Shown: one piece after another, positions 14,681 to 15,144 of the stretch | Numbering within the stretch: position 1 is the stretch's first letter | How the letters are laid out: each line of letters begins with the position of its first letter | Source of the DNA: a virus | Length of the DNA stretch: 15,144 nt | UHGV virus genome: UHGV-2113352 | Strand: one strand, 5' to 3' | Translations under genes and position numbers: made by a program | Notes under the pieces: generated by a model | Told to the model about the DNA's origin: nothing | The model's input: the letters and a program-made list of their open reading frames with translations, nothing else | Database searches by the model: none

Positions 14681-15028
14681 TTACTCTGCTGGTATTGTTG
14701 GCCAGTCAATATCCGGTGCCGTTGATGTGTCAATGCGGTTCAATAAAACTCTATACTTCTTCCATGCAGTCAGCAACGATGCTTCTTCCTCCGTTGCAAT
14801 CTCCAAATCTACAGCATCCTGAAGTGGCGCAATGTGCTCGCTGGCTACCTGCATCAGACTTTTTTTTGTTTCTTCCGCTTCCCGTACCTGAAACAATTTT
14901 TCTGTTTCCTTATCCTTCTCCCAGGATGTGCCGTCCCACTTCTGATATTCCCCATCCGGTGATAACCAGGTGACATTTTCCGGTAATGGCCCAAGTTCAG
15001 AAATAAACAACGCGTCCCCTGATTCCAC
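14681..15028 (-). CDS. Tail fibre assembly protein (Tfa family), apparently lacking an N-terminal domain
   Basis: 115-aa ORF ending ..[32 protein letters not shown], the conserved C-terminal signature of enterobacterial phage Tfa proteins (TfaE, Mu U, P1 U type). The track start is GTG at 15026-15028. The same frame stays open upstream to a stop at 15128-15130 and encodes ..[11 protein letters not shown].., which looks like continued Tfa homology, with no ATG/GTG/TTG in between. Confidence 0.7.
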   Translation of the reverse strand: MESGDALFISELGPLPENVTWLSPDGEYQKWDGTSWEKDKETEKLFQVREAEETKKSLMQVASEHIAPLQDAVDLEIATEEEASLLTAWKKYRVLLNRIDTSTAPDIDWPTIPAE

Positions 15029-15144
15029 GTCATAGACCGTTTTACCCCTGTGGTCTTCAACGAGACTCCGGTAATGACTCCAACTTATTGATAGTGTTTT
15101 ATGTTCAGATAATGCCCGATGACTTTGTCATGCAGCTCCACCGA

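Noticed and set aside
14854-15060. 68-aa highly basic ORF overlapping the Tfa gene in another frame
   Set aside because: It lies out of frame within conserved Tfa coding sequence; the basic composition is what an alternate frame of this region would give. It is only the continuation of the frame entering from the window edge.
1-15144. CRISPR arrays, rRNA genes, integrase or transposase genes, long direct repeats
   Set aside because: No regularly spaced direct repeats were seen and none of the ORF translations carries integrase (R..H..R..Y) or DDE transposase signatures; absence is by visual inspection only.

Overview
All calls are from reading the sequence and ORF track by eye; no searches or computations were run. 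The window looks like part of a phage-plasmid or large temperate-phage replicon from an enterobacterium. On the minus strand it carries a T4-type replication pair (gp61-like primase 6461-7672, gp41/DnaB-like helicase 7733-9073), a short ParA-type partition pair (10950-11977), a lysis-like cassette with an overlapped spanin pair (13128-14559) and a tail fibre assembly gene (14681-15028); a TacAT/AtaRT-like toxin-antitoxin pair sits on the plus strand (12297-13095). The most interesting part is an accessory three-gene minus-strand operon at 203-6347: a DprA/Smf (SLOG)-like protein, a 1558-aa fusion of HAD phosphatase, phosphoribosyltransferase, DUF559 nuclease-like and RecQ-like helicase domains, and a small tail-anchored coiled-coil protein. 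I interpret it as a candidate anti-phage defence system related to, but much larger than, DprA plus PRTase gene pairs. Two short sequence motifs are each shared between the upstream regions of two different minus-strand operons, suggesting common regulation. No rRNA, tRNA, CRISPR array, integrase or transposase was recognised.
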